Shown here one piece after another: positions 29,720 to 38,839 of a stretch of DNA of 64,000 nt; within the stretch, counting starts at the first letter, position 1; every line of letters starts with the position of its first letter. The position numbers and the translations under genes are program-made. The notes below the pieces were generated by a model, which was given only the letters and a program-made list of their open reading frames with translations, did no database searches and had not been told where the DNA came from. The stretch comes from an uncultured Enterobacterales bacterium (GTDB lineage: Bacteria > Myxococcota_A > UBA796 > CAZKWG01). The stretch is taken from contig CAZTOW010000012.1 of assembly GCA_964615375.1 (NCBI GenBank), positions 1-64,000 on the forward strand. Reading direction: 5' to 3'.

Positions 29720-30908
29720 GCTGGCCGGGGAAGAGGCGCTCGTAGACGCTCAGCAGGGCGCGCTGCTGGTGGTGCCAGGCCAGCACCCGCTCGACCCGCT
29801 CGCGGCCGAGCTGCCCGAGGCGCGCGCGGCGGGCGGGATCGTCGGCCAGCGCCTGCACGGCGTCCGCCAGGGCCTCGGCGGATCCGCCCGGAGCGTAGAG
29901 CGCCGCGTCTCCGCCCGACACCCGGGACTCCGTGAGATCGAAGGAGACGACGGCCTTCCCCAGCGCCATGTACTCCATCAGCTTGTTCATGGTGGAGTGG
30001 TCGTTGAGCCCGCCCGGCGGATCGGGCTGCACGCAGACGTCGCAGGCCGAGAGCGCGGCCAGCACGTCCTTCCAGGGCACGCGCCCGGTCATCTTCACCG
30101 CGTCGGTGAGCCCGTACTGATCGCGCAGCCGGCCCAGGCTGTCGAAGGAGTCGCCGGTCCCCACCATCACGAAGCCGATGTCCTTGCGCCCGCGGTCGTT
30201 GCGCAGGATGCGCGCGAGCTCCAGGAAGAGGTCCACGCCGTCCTGGGGGTTCATGTTCCCCAGGTAGCCGACCACCGTGCGGCCGAGCGCCCGCACCGCC
30301 GGATCGGGCTCGGTGGGCGGGAAGTCGCTGAGCCGCGGCCCGTTGCGCACCACCGTCACCTCCTCGGGGCGCTTGCCCCCGCGGTCCAGCGCGACCTTGC
30401 GGTAGGTCTCGTTGGTGGAGATGACGTGGTCCGCCAGCTTGAAGGTCACCTTCTCCATGGCCTTGACCATGGGGATGAGGCGGGGGTGGGCCTCGCCGAA
30501 GCGCCACTCGAAGAGCTCGGGGACCAGATCGTGGTGGTCGAAGACGAACTTCACGCCCAGCGGCTTGTAGGGCGCCGCCACGGTCCACAGCAGGTCCGGC
30601 GGGTTGGCCGCGTGGATGGCGTGGAAGCCGTGGCGCCGGTACACCAGCGCGGCGAGCGCGCTCATGCTGCTGAGCGAGACCGCGTACTCGCCCAGGTGCG
30701 CGGCGAAGCCCTCGCTGAGCGTGGGCACGGCGTAGCGGTAGACGTGGATGCCGGCCACCTCCTCGTGCCAGCTCTCGCCCTTGCCCCTCGGCGAGATCAC
30801 GCAGACCTGCGCCCCGGCGTCTCGAAGCGTGGCGGTCTCCCGCTTGATCCGGTTGTCGAAGGTGTAGGGGAGGTCCTGGGAGATGAACAGCACTTTGAGC
30901 ATGGGCAC
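29706..30908 (-). CDS. glycosyltransferase family 4
   Basis: GT-B GT4 C-terminal motif (NKLMEYMALGKAVVS, E..G.VVE.G); N-terminal KVLFISQDLPY. Confidence 0.85.
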   Translation of the reverse strand: MPMLKVLFISQDLPYTFDNRIKRETATLRDAGAQVCVISPRGKGESWHEEVAGIHVYRYAVPTLSEGFAAHLGEYAVSLSSMSALAALVYRRHGFHAIHAANPPDLLWTVAAPYKPLGVKFVFDHHDLVPELFEWRFGEAHPRLIPMVKAMEKVTFKLADHVISTNETYRKVALDRGGKRPEEVTVVRNGPRLSDFPPTEPDPAVRALGRTVVGYLGNMNPQDGVDLFLELARILRNDRGRKDIGFVMVGTGDSFDSLGRLRDQYGLTDAVKMTGRVPWKDVLAALSACDVCVQPDPPGGLNDHSTMNKLMEYMALGKAVVSFDLTESRVSGGDAALYAPGGSAEALADAVQALADDPARRARLGQLGRERVERVLAWHHQQRALLSVYERLFPGQLNAG

Positions 30909-30987
30909 GCCCCCGCTTGAAGTACCCCGCGCCCACGCCCCGGGCCAAGCGGGCCGCCGAGTGCTGGCGAAGGCTTGACCAGCGCGC

Positions 30988-32337
30988 TCAGCCCCCGCCC
31001 GTGTCCAGCTGCTCCGCGTCGAACCAGGTCAGACAGGTCTGGTCCGACAGCGCGTACACGCAGACCCGCCGGTCGCTCTCGCGCAGGAAGAGCGTCGCGT
31101 CGTCCGGCGAGAGGTTCAGGTTGGTGGGGATGAAGGGCGTCGCCAGCGTGGTCGCGACGGCGGCGCGCAGGTCGAGCGCGTACAGCCCCGGCTCCTCGTA
31201 GAAGGTGTCCGGGTGGAGCACGTAGGCCATCGCCCCGTCGCTGGAGAGCGCATAGTGGTCCAGGTAGAGCCCGGGGCCCTCGACGGCGCGGAAGGTGCCG
31301 GTCTCCAGGTCGAAGAGGGTGGTCGGCGCCTCGTTGAAGGCGCCGTCCACCAGGATGACCTGACCGTCCGGGGCGACGCTGAAGCGCGGCAGGGTGTCCC
31401 CGTACTCCGCGAAGCGGTAGCTGAGGTCCGCCCCGTCGATGATCATCAGGTGGTACTCCGCGCTGTCCTCGGCGGGCATCTGCGCGGGGTCCTCGAACAG
31501 GCTCTCGTCCCCCTGCGAGACGCTGTAGAAGGCCACCGCCGTCCAGCCGTCCGAGGAGACCGCCACGGGCCCGAAGCCGGGGAGGTTGCGCTCGAAGCCC
31601 TCCTCTCCCTCCAGGAGCGAGATCACGGACACGGGGTCCCGCGAGCAGCTCGTGGGCGCCATGAAGGCGCGCTGGGCCAGCGGCATGACGGAGAGCGTCG
31701 CGGCGCAATTCGGGACGGAGAAGCTGGTCCCCTGCCAGCTGGCCGTGTCGATGACCTCCACGGTGCTGATGGGGGACTCGCCGTGCCAGACCTCGGCCAG
31801 CACGACGAAGAGGCGCGTATCCAGGATGTCCACGTCCACGATGCGCCGGTCGAAGGCGCGGTCGTAGAGGACCAGGCCCGTGGCCGGATCGAGGACGCGG
31901 AGGTGGGCGTCGTCGTGGGTGACCAGCAGCCCGTCGGTGGCGCTCATGTCGAGCTTCAGCACATCCTTCGACGCGCTCTCCACCGGGGCCTCCCAGAGCT
32001 CCGCGCCCGTGCTCACGTCCACGGCGACCACGGTGGCCGCGCTCTCCTGTCCGACGAAGATGGTTCGGCTCGTGTTGGCGAAGGCGAGGACCGAGGGGTC
32101 GCGCGGCGAGAGCAGCTCGAGCGTGCCCGTCTGCGTCCACCCCACCGCCAGCCCGTCCCCGTGGGAGAAGACCACGTAGGAGCCATCGACGCTCACGGCG
32201 ATGTCCCCGACGCCCAGCGTCACCCCGCCTTCTTGCGAGCCCGCGCTCTGCTGGTTCGGGTTCTCACCCCCACCGCAAGCCAGGATGAGACCGCCGATGC
32301 CCACGCCGACGAGGACGAGAGGATGGTGTACGCGCAT
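30988..32337 (-). CDS. hypothetical beta-propeller-like lipoprotein
   Basis: Lipobox GGLILAC. Repeated beta-strand-rich segments. Start placed at MRVHH; an upstream Met at 32358 is also possible. Confidence 0.6.
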   Translation of the reverse strand: MRVHHPLVLVGVGIGGLILACGGGENPNQQSAGSQEGGVTLGVGDIAVSVDGSYVVFSHGDGLAVGWTQTGTLELLSPRDPSVLAFANTSRTIFVGQESAATVVAVDVSTGAELWEAPVESASKDVLKLDMSATDGLLVTHDDAHLRVLDPATGLVLYDRAFDRRIVDVDILDTRLFVVLAEVWHGESPISTVEVIDTASWQGTSFSVPNCAATLSVMPLAQRAFMAPTSCSRDPVSVISLLEGEEGFERNLPGFGPVAVSSDGWTAVAFYSVSQGDESLFEDPAQMPAEDSAEYHLMIIDGADLSYRFAEYGDTLPRFSVAPDGQVILVDGAFNEAPTTLFDLETGTFRAVEGPGLYLDHYALSSDGAMAYVLHPDTFYEEPGLYALDLRAAVATTLATPFIPTNLNLSPDDATLFLRESDRRVCVYALSDQTCLTWFDAEQLDTGGG

Positions 32338-32429
32338 GTTCTCTCCAAGAGGACCCACCCGATGCCACGATACTAAACACCGGAGCGGTGATCGCCTCCC
32401 GCCGCCGCGGAATTGCCCTGAAAAGGGTC

Positions 32430-32653
32430 GGGTGCGGCTCCTTTACGACGACGAAAACGCCATCGAGTTGCAGCTTTCATCCACCTCCCGCGCCAGCGGG
32501 GGAGGTGGCCCGGAGGGCCGGAGGGGGGACTCCGACACGAGCTCCCCCCTCCGCCGGCTTCGCCGGCACCTCCCCCCGCTGACGCGGGAGGAGGAGGATT
32601 GGGCAGGCGCCCTTGATCCGACCAACCACCTCGACGCAGAAGAGCCGCACCCA
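32430..32653. repeat. MITE-like palindromic repeat element, copy B (complete, inverted relative to copy A)
   Basis: 11-bp TIRs GGGTGCGGCTC (32430-32440) and GAGCCGCACCC (32643-32653). Interior is the reverse complement of bases 1-183 with few mismatches. Intergenic. Confidence 0.75.
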
Positions 32654-32697
32654 AAGGTTTCCGGGGCCTGTGTCGGTTAACCTCCCGACGAGCCCCC

Positions 32698-34662
32698 ATG
32701 GTCAAGCCACCCGCGAAGCTCCACTGGTACCTGAACCGCCTGCGCAGCATGCCGCCGGCCGAGCTGCCCCACCGCGCTCGGGAGCTGGTGAAGAAGCGCC
32801 TGGATCGGCACGGGGTGGCGGCGCGGCTGGCGGCGCGGCTGCCCGAGGCGGCGCTCTCGGCCCCACTGCCGGCCCTGCCCGTGGATCGCGCGCTCCTGGT
32901 GGAGAGCCTCGCGGGGGAGCGCGCGCGCCTGCGCCGGCTCACCGAGGAGCTCCTCCGGGGTGAGCTGACCCTGCTGGGGCAGCCCTGGCCCCCGGGCAGC
33001 CGGCGCGACTGGCAGCTCGACCCGGAGAGCGGCGAGCGCTGGCCCGCCGACCGGGGCTGCCACGACATCCCCTACCGGCAGGAGTCCGGTCCGGGGGACG
33101 TGAAATTCGTGTGGGAGTTGAACCGGCTCCAGCACCTCGTCGTGCTGGCGCTCGGCGCCGTGGCGCTGGACGAGCCCCGCGCGGCCGAGGCGGTCTGGGG
33201 GGACCTGGAGGCCTGGATCGACGAGAACCCGCCCTACCGCGGCGTGTCCTGGGCCTGCGGCATCGAGCTGGCCAGCCGCGTCGCCTCCATCCTGGCGGTC
33301 CTCGGGATCCTGGGCCCCGAGCGTGCGCCGGCCTCGCTGCGGCCGAAGCTGCAGCGCAGCCTGTACGCCCACGGCCTCTTCATGGCGCGCTACCCGAGCC
33401 GCTTCTCCAGCGCGAACAACCACCTGATCGCCGAGGCGGCGGCGCTGCTGCTGCTCGGGCTGCTGGCCCCCCACCTGCCGGGGGCGGCGGGCTGGGAGGC
33501 CGAGGGGCGGGAGGAGCTGGAGCGCGAGGTGCTGCTCCAGATCTTCGCCGACGGGGTGGGCGGCGAGCAGGCCCCCACCTACACGGCCTACACCCTGGAG
33601 TGGTACACGCTGGCCCGCCAGGTCGCGCGGGCCGCGGGGAGGCCGCTCTCGGAGGCGGTGGATCGGCGGCTGGGGCTCGCGCTGCTGCACCTCCACGCGA
33701 TCATGGACCGCTCGGGCAACGTGCCGCACCTGGGCGACGACGACGGGGCGGTGGTGCTGCGGGCCTCCTGGGATCGCGAGGACGACGTGCGCAGCGTCAT
33801 GGGCGCGCTGGCCGGGCTGCTGGGCCGACCCGAGCTCGCGCCCCCAGGAGCGCGACAGGACGCGCTGGCCGGGCTGCTGGGGGCGCGGGTGCCGACCGGG
33901 GGCTGGACGGCGCCGCCGGGGCGCTCCTTCGTCGAGGGCGGGGTCACGGCGCTGCGCCACGCGGAGGGCGAGCGCGAGCTGCTGGCGGTGCTGGACCACG
34001 GTCCCCTGGGCTACGGGCCCATCGCGGCCCACGGTCACGCCGACGCGCTCTCGTTGTGTGTCCACCTGGACGGGGTCCCGCTCCTGGTCGATCCCGGGGC
34101 CTACCGCTACAACCACTCCGGCGGCTGGCGCGAGCACCTGCGCAGCACGGCCGCCCACAACACCATCGAGGTGGGCGGCCTCTCCCAGAGCGTGCCCACG
34201 GGGTCCTTCAACTGGGGCGCCCGCGCCGTCTCCACCCGCGAGTCGCTGAGCCTGGGCGCGGAGCAGAGCCGCGTCGCCGCCACCCACGACGGCTACCGCG
34301 CGCGCCTGGGCGTCCTGCACCGGCGGGCGGTGTCGCTCGAGGGCCTGGCCACCCTGCGCGTGGAGGATGAGCTGCTGGGCACCGGGTCCCGGCCCGCGCG
34401 GATCACCTGGCAGCTGGGGCCGGACTGGGCGCTGGAGCCCGCGGGCGGGGGCTGGCTGGCGCGCGGGCCGCGGGGGCTGCTGGTGCGGATCTCCGTAGAG
34501 GGCGCGCCGCTCTCGGCGACGGTGCTCCAGGGCGGAGAGAGTCCAGGTTCAGGGGTGATCTCGCCCTCCTACAACCGCCTCGTCCCCGCCCCCTGCCTGG
34601 CGCTGGAGGGGGAGGCCCGCCTGCCCGCGAAGTGGGCTTGGACCTTCGTGATCACGCGCTGA
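32698..34662 (+). CDS. heparinase II/III-like (alginate-lyase superfamily) protein
   Basis: N-terminal alginate-lyase-like helical domain; C-terminal HGHADALSLCVHLDG heparinase II/III signature. Confidence 0.8.
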   Translation: MVKPPAKLHWYLNRLRSMPPAELPHRARELVKKRLDRHGVAARLAARLPEAALSAPLPALPVDRALLVESLAGERARLRRLTEELLRGELTLLGQPWPPGSRRDWQLDPESGERWPADRGCHDIPYRQESGPGDVKFVWELNRLQHLVVLALGAVALDEPRAAEAVWGDLEAWIDENPPYRGVSWACGIELASRVASILAVLGILGPERAPASLRPKLQRSLYAHGLFMARYPSRFSSANNHLIAEAAALLLLGLLAPHLPGAAGWEAEGREELEREVLLQIFADGVGGEQAPTYTAYTLEWYTLARQVARAAGRPLSEAVDRRLGLALLHLHAIMDRSGNVPHLGDDDGAVVLRASWDREDDVRSVMGALAGLLGRPELAPPGARQDALAGLLGARVPTGGWTAPPGRSFVEGGVTALRHAEGERELLAVLDHGPLGYGPIAAHGHADALSLCVHLDGVPLLVDPGAYRYNHSGGWREHLRSTAAHNTIEVGGLSQSVPTGSFNWGARAVSTRESLSLGAEQSRVAATHDGYRARLGVLHRRAVSLEGLATLRVEDELLGTGSRPARITWQLGPDWALEPAGGGWLARGPRGLLVRISVEGAPLSATVLQGGESPGSGVISPSYNRLVPAPCLALEGEARLPAKWAWTFVITR

Positions 34663-34685
34663 AGCGGCGCGGTGGAGGCGGGCAA

Positions 34686-34743
34686 TGAAGCGGACATAAT
34701 CTGTCCGCGCCAATTTTGAAGCGGACAGATTATGTCCGCATAC
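34686..34743. promoter_or_regulatory. tandem pair of 7-bp-stem hairpins (TGAAGCGGACA-N5-TGTCCGC) forming a composite inverted repeat
   Basis: Seen directly: GCGGACATAATCTGTCCGC and GCGGACAGATTATGTCCGC, 12 nt apart. The loops are reverse complements of each other. Lies 55 bp upstream of the 34799 ORF. Confidence 0.5.
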
Positions 34744-34798
34744 GCCGTCAGCACAGGAATGGCCTTGCTATGTTGAGTGGGTCAGAAATGGAGGCCCG

Positions 34799-35212
34799 AT
34801 GTCCTGCTCTCTCGCCACTCTCGTCCTCTCGCTGATCTTCGGCTTCGACAGCGCCATCGTCTGCGGGATCGGCTCCTGCGATCTGCCCGCGGAGCTGCAC
34901 CTGGAGAACGAGCGTTACGACACCCTCCCCGCCGACGAGTGGTCCTGGATGAACCACGATCTCGCGCTGGCCCGCGTGGCGCTGGCCAACGGTGATCACA
35001 ACCGCGCCGAGAACATCGGCCGATGGCTGGAGCATGCCATCGACCTGCGCATGGACGCCATGGTCGACGGGCGCGGGAAGCGCCGGGTCAAGGCCCTGAA
35101 CCGCGCGGTGAACGGGATCATCTCCGGCTCTGCCATCCGCACCGGCGGGATCGCTGGGTTCAAGGGGAGCTCTTCCGAGATCCCCGTGCATCGCCCGGGC
35201 GCTCAGGGCTGA
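34799..35212 (+). CDS. hypothetical small secreted/membrane protein
   Basis: GGAGG RBS; hydrophobic N-terminus; 137 aa; no recognised domain. Confidence 0.5.
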   Translation: MSCSLATLVLSLIFGFDSAIVCGIGSCDLPAELHLENERYDTLPADEWSWMNHDLALARVALANGDHNRAENIGRWLEHAIDLRMDAMVDGRGKRRVKALNRAVNGIISGSAIRTGGIAGFKGSSSEIPVHRPGAQG

Positions 35213-35225
35213 GCTGCGCGACGGC

Positions 35226-35450
35226 TCAGTCCTTCGGCTCCTCGCTCGCCGGCTTCGGCGGGCGCGGCCGGGAGCGATCATAGCGGCGCATCAGCTCGTC
35301 CACCGCGTCCGGGGCGCGGTCGACGGGCGCCTCCTCGGCGGCGGCCTTCGCGGCGCGGGCGGCGCGGGTCTTCCTCAGGCGGCGCGCGAGCTCCAGCGTG
35401 AGGCGCTCCGCGTCGTCGATGGGCAGCTCTGTAGATCGCTTCTTCGGCAT
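35226..35450 (-). CDS. small highly charged hypothetical protein (74 aa) downstream of the AmmeMemoRadiSam radical SAM gene
   Basis: Begins MPKKRSTELPIDD; 17-nt gap after the radical SAM stop. Lys/Arg/Glu/Ala-rich. Confidence 0.45.
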   Translation of the reverse strand: MPKKRSTELPIDDAERLTLELARRLRKTRAARAAKAAAEEAPVDRAPDAVDELMRRYDRSRPRPPKPASEEPKD

Positions 35451-35469
35451 CACGGGCTCCGAGGGCAGA

Positions 35470-36588
35470 CTAAGGGCGCTCCCCGCGCTCGCGCAAGGGG
35501 GATCGGTGCAGATCCCGCAGCCGGACGGGCAGGCGCCGCGCTCCCCAGGCGCCGGGCCGAGCCTCGAAGCGCCCGGGGATCGCCAGCCCACAGCGCGCGC
35601 AGCGGCCCGCGGGGTCCAGCCCCCAGCGCCCCAGGTGGTAGCCGTCGCGCTCGATGATCAGGGCCTGGCAGCCGGGACACCAGGTGCTGGAGCCGGCGCG
35701 ATCGGAAACGTTGCCCAGGTAGACGTAGCGCAGGCCGCTCTCCAGGGCGATCTGGCGCGCGCGCTGCAGCGTCCGGGGCGGGGTGGGCGGGCGGTTCAGC
35801 TTGAAGTCCGGGTGGTAGGCCGTAAAGTGCAGGGGCACGTTCGGGGAGAGCTCGCCCGCGACGAAGGCGCAGAGCCGCGCGATCTCCTCGTCGGAGTCGT
35901 TCTCCTCGGGGATGAGCAGGGTGGTGATCTCCGTCCAGACCTTGGACTCGTGGACCAGCCAGCGCAGGGTCTCCTTGACCGGCTCCAGGCGCCCGTAGCA
36001 GAGCTCCTTGTAAAAGCGCTCGGTGAAGCCCTTGAGATCGACGTTGGTCGCGTCCATGGCGGCGAAGAACTCGGGGCGGGCCAGCTCGCTGATGTAGCCG
36101 GCGGTGACGGCCACGGTGGCGATGCCGCGCTCCCGGCAGGCCCGCGCCACGTCGATGGCGTACTCGGCGAAGATCACGGGGTCGTTGTAGGTGAAGGCCA
36201 CGCTGCGGCTGCCGGTGAGCTGCGCGGCCTCGGCGATGTCCTCGGGGCCCGCCTCGTCCTGCAGGCGGTCGAGCTCGCGCGCCTTGGAGATGTCCCAGTT
36301 CTGGCAGAAGCGGCAGCCCAGGTTGCAGCCGGCGGTGCCAAACGAGAGCACCGGGGTGCCGGGCAGGAAGTGGAAGAGCGGCTTCTTCTCGATGGGGTCC
36401 ACGCAGAAGCCCGAGGACCGCCCGTAGGTGTCCAGCACGACGCCCTGGTCGGTGGCCTTGCGGACGAAGCAGAAGGCGCGCTGGCCCGGGCTCAGGTGGC
36501 AGCGGCGCGGGCAGAGCTCGCAGACCATCCGCTCGCCCTCCCAGCGCCACCAGCGCGCAGGGTGCGGCGAGGACGCGGTGGCGCTCAC
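35470..36588 (-). CDS. AmmeMemoRadiSam system radical SAM enzyme
   Basis: CELCPRRC N-terminal motif plus CNLGCRFCQNWDIS radical SAM cluster motif, characteristic of the AmmeMemoRadiSam radical SAM family (pyruvate-formate-lyase-activase-like). Confidence 0.85.
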   Translation of the reverse strand: MSATASSPHPARWWRWEGERMVCELCPRRCHLSPGQRAFCFVRKATDQGVVLDTYGRSSGFCVDPIEKKPLFHFLPGTPVLSFGTAGCNLGCRFCQNWDISKARELDRLQDEAGPEDIAEAAQLTGSRSVAFTYNDPVIFAEYAIDVARACRERGIATVAVTAGYISELARPEFFAAMDATNVDLKGFTERFYKELCYGRLEPVKETLRWLVHESKVWTEITTLLIPEENDSDEEIARLCAFVAGELSPNVPLHFTAYHPDFKLNRPPTPPRTLQRARQIALESGLRYVYLGNVSDRAGSSTWCPGCQALIIERDGYHLGRWGLDPAGRCARCGLAIPGRFEARPGAWGARRLPVRLRDLHRSPLRERGERP

Positions 36589-37820
36589 GGCTGAACCTCC
36601 TTGCGCACGGCGAAGCGCTCCACGGTGATCGGCTCGTGCGCGCCGATCCCGGCCTTGCGGCGGGTGATCGCGAGCTGGCGCTCTACCGTGTCCACGCCCT
36701 CGATGTCCGGCAGCAGCACGCCGCGTCGCCCGCCCGAGCTCACCACCACGCCCCAGCGCCGCGGGTCCAGGGCGCCGAGGTCCGGGGCGGGCTCGGGCGG
36801 CTCGAGCACGCTGACCTCGATGTCCAGGTCGTCCAGCTCGTGGGGTCCGAGCGGCGGGAAGCGCGGATCCTGGAACGCGCTGCTGCGGGCGACCTCGGCC
36901 ACCTCCTCGTACAGGCGGCCGCGGGTGGCGGCCATGTGGCCGATGCAGCCGCGCAGCTCGCCCTGGCGGTAGAGGGTGACGAAGACCCCGGCCGAGGGCT
37001 CGCCCCCCTCGGGCGGCAGGTACTTCCGGCCCTCCAGGCGGGCGCGGATGGAGGCGCGGGCCACGGCGTAAAGGGGCGGGCTCGGGTCGTAGAGCACGGC
37101 CTCGCTGTAGCCCACCCCCCAGGGGCCCTCGTAGGCGAGCACCTCGTCGTGCAGCGGGCCAGGGGTCGTGGCCATGGCGAAGGCGGTGCTGTCGACCACG
37201 TCCTCCGCGGCGAGCTCACGCGGGCCGGCAGCCAGCGCATCCTCCCAGCGCCCGGCGCGCAGGGCGGCCACGAAGGCGCGATCGAAGTCCTGGGCCCGCG
37301 GGTGGTAGCCCGAGGGGGCGCCGGGCTTCAGCCGGTGGCTCATGTCGCCGCTGGCGATGACGGCCGTGCGGCCGGGGAGCGCGGCCACGGCCTCGGCCAG
37401 GACCCGGGGATCCTCGCTCCTCCAGGGCAGCGCGAGGACGGCGGTGGGGCCGCGCCAGCCCTCCTCCCACAGGAAGGCGAGCGGGACCATGGCGCCGTGG
37501 TCCAGGGGGCGCGGGGCGATGGCCTCGGCCCCGGTGGCGGCGCGCACCTCGGGGGCGTCGGGCAGGTCCACCGCGATCTGCGGGGCGCGGAAGTCGGCCA
37601 GGCTGCCCTGATGGCGCCCGGTCCAGGCCCCCCAGGCGTCCTCCCGCCGCGGCGAGTGGGGCGAGACCAGCACGATCCGTTCGGGTCGGCTCCCTACCGC
37701 CCGGCGGGCGATCTCGCGCATGGCGCGGGTGGTGGACCGGCAACGATCGGCCTCGGGCCCGGCGACCGCGGGGACGACGATCGGTGCGTGACACATGAGC
37801 GCGGCGAAGCAGGTCGACAT
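36585..37820 (-). CDS. AmmeMemoRadiSam system protein B (Memo/extradiol-dioxygenase class III-like) fused to protein A (AMMECR1 domain)
   Basis: N-terminal half is Memo-like (IVLVSPHSP, ASGDMSH). C-terminal half is AMMECR1 (GVFVTLYRQGELRGCIGH). Stop overlaps the radical SAM start. Confidence 0.8.
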   Translation of the reverse strand: MSTCFAALMCHAPIVVPAVAGPEADRCRSTTRAMREIARRAVGSRPERIVLVSPHSPRREDAWGAWTGRHQGSLADFRAPQIAVDLPDAPEVRAATGAEAIAPRPLDHGAMVPLAFLWEEGWRGPTAVLALPWRSEDPRVLAEAVAALPGRTAVIASGDMSHRLKPGAPSGYHPRAQDFDRAFVAALRAGRWEDALAAGPRELAAEDVVDSTAFAMATTPGPLHDEVLAYEGPWGVGYSEAVLYDPSPPLYAVARASIRARLEGRKYLPPEGGEPSAGVFVTLYRQGELRGCIGHMAATRGRLYEEVAEVARSSAFQDPRFPPLGPHELDDLDIEVSVLEPPEPAPDLGALDPRRWGVVVSSGGRRGVLLPDIEGVDTVERQLAITRRKAGIGAHEPITVERFAVRKEVQP

Positions 37821-37855
37821 ACCCGAAGATAAGGACGGGAGAGGGGATCGGGAAC

Positions 37856-38824
37856 ATGGCGCTCTTCGTCACGGGCGGCAACGGCTTCATCGGGTCGCGG
37901 GTGGTCGCGGCGGCGCGCGCGCGCGGGGACGAGGTGCGCTGCCTGCTGCGGGCCAGCTCCAACACCTCCCGCATCGAGGGGCTCGGCTACCAGCGCCACC
38001 TGGGCGACGTCACCGACCGCGCCAGCCTCGTCGAGGGGATGCGCGGCTGCGAGGGGGTGATTCACCTTGCTAGTATATCTAGTTGGTCCCAGATCCGCAG
38101 CCCGAAGATGCGCGAGGTGGTGGTGGGCGGCACGGAGAACGTGCTGGCCGCGGCGCGCGAGGCGGGCGGGCTCCGGGTGGTCTTCGTGAGCTCGGGCACG
38201 GCCATCCAGGGGACGAAGGACCCGCGGGTGCTCGACGAGCGCGCCGCCTGGGACATGGACCGCGAGGTCTTCCTGTACGCCGCCGCCAAGCACGACGCCG
38301 AGCAGATCTGCGCCTGCTACGCCGCCGAGGGGCTGCCGGTGGTCACCGTGAACCCGTGCGAGGTCTACGGCCCGCAGGACGAGGAGCTGATCACCGCGGC
38401 CAACCTCATCGACATCCTGAAGGGCTGGCCGGCGCTCGCCGTGGAGGGCGGGACGGCGGTGGCCCACGTCGACGACGTGGCGGCGGGGATCCTGGCGGCC
38501 CTGGACCGCGGGCGGCCGGGCGAGCGCTACATCCTGGGGGGCGAGAACCTGAGCGTGCGGCAGCTCGTGGAGCTGACCCTGGAGATCGGCGGGCAGAAGA
38601 AGTGGGTGTTGCAGCTGCCGAACGGGGTCGTGAAGGGCGCGGTGGGGGCGCTGGCGAAGCTGGGGCTCCCGACGCCCGTGATCCCGGACGTGCTGGACTA
38701 CGCCTGCCTCTACTGGTGGGTGGACAGCGCCAAGGCGCAGCGCGAGCTGGGCTACCGCTACCGCCCGCCCCGGGAGGTGCTGGAGCCCACCATCGCCTGG
38801 CTGCGCGAGCGCGGGCGTGTCTGA
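37856..38824 (+). CDS. NAD-dependent epimerase/dehydratase (HpnA / dihydroflavonol-reductase-like)
   Basis: LFVTGGNGFIGSRVV Rossmann motif; YAAAK catalytic motif. Contains an odd low-GC patch at 38055-38095. Confidence 0.85.
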   Translation: MALFVTGGNGFIGSRVVAAARARGDEVRCLLRASSNTSRIEGLGYQRHLGDVTDRASLVEGMRGCEGVIHLASISSWSQIRSPKMREVVVGGTENVLAAAREAGGLRVVFVSSGTAIQGTKDPRVLDERAAWDMDREVFLYAAAKHDAEQICACYAAEGLPVVTVNPCEVYGPQDEELITAANLIDILKGWPALAVEGGTAVAHVDDVAAGILAALDRGRPGERYILGGENLSVRQLVELTLEIGGQKKWVLQLPNGVVKGAVGALAKLGLPTPVIPDVLDYACLYWWVDSAKAQRELGYRYRPPREVLEPTIAWLRERGRV

Positions 38825-38839
38825 GGCGGGCGGGCCGGC

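Noticed and set aside
210-32430. 32-kb segment between the MITE-like copies as a mobile genomic island
   Set aside because: Cargo is core metabolism and envelope biogenesis (murJ, rocD, dNK) with native GC. There is no integrase or transposase and no tRNA. The repeats are more likely dispersed MITEs.
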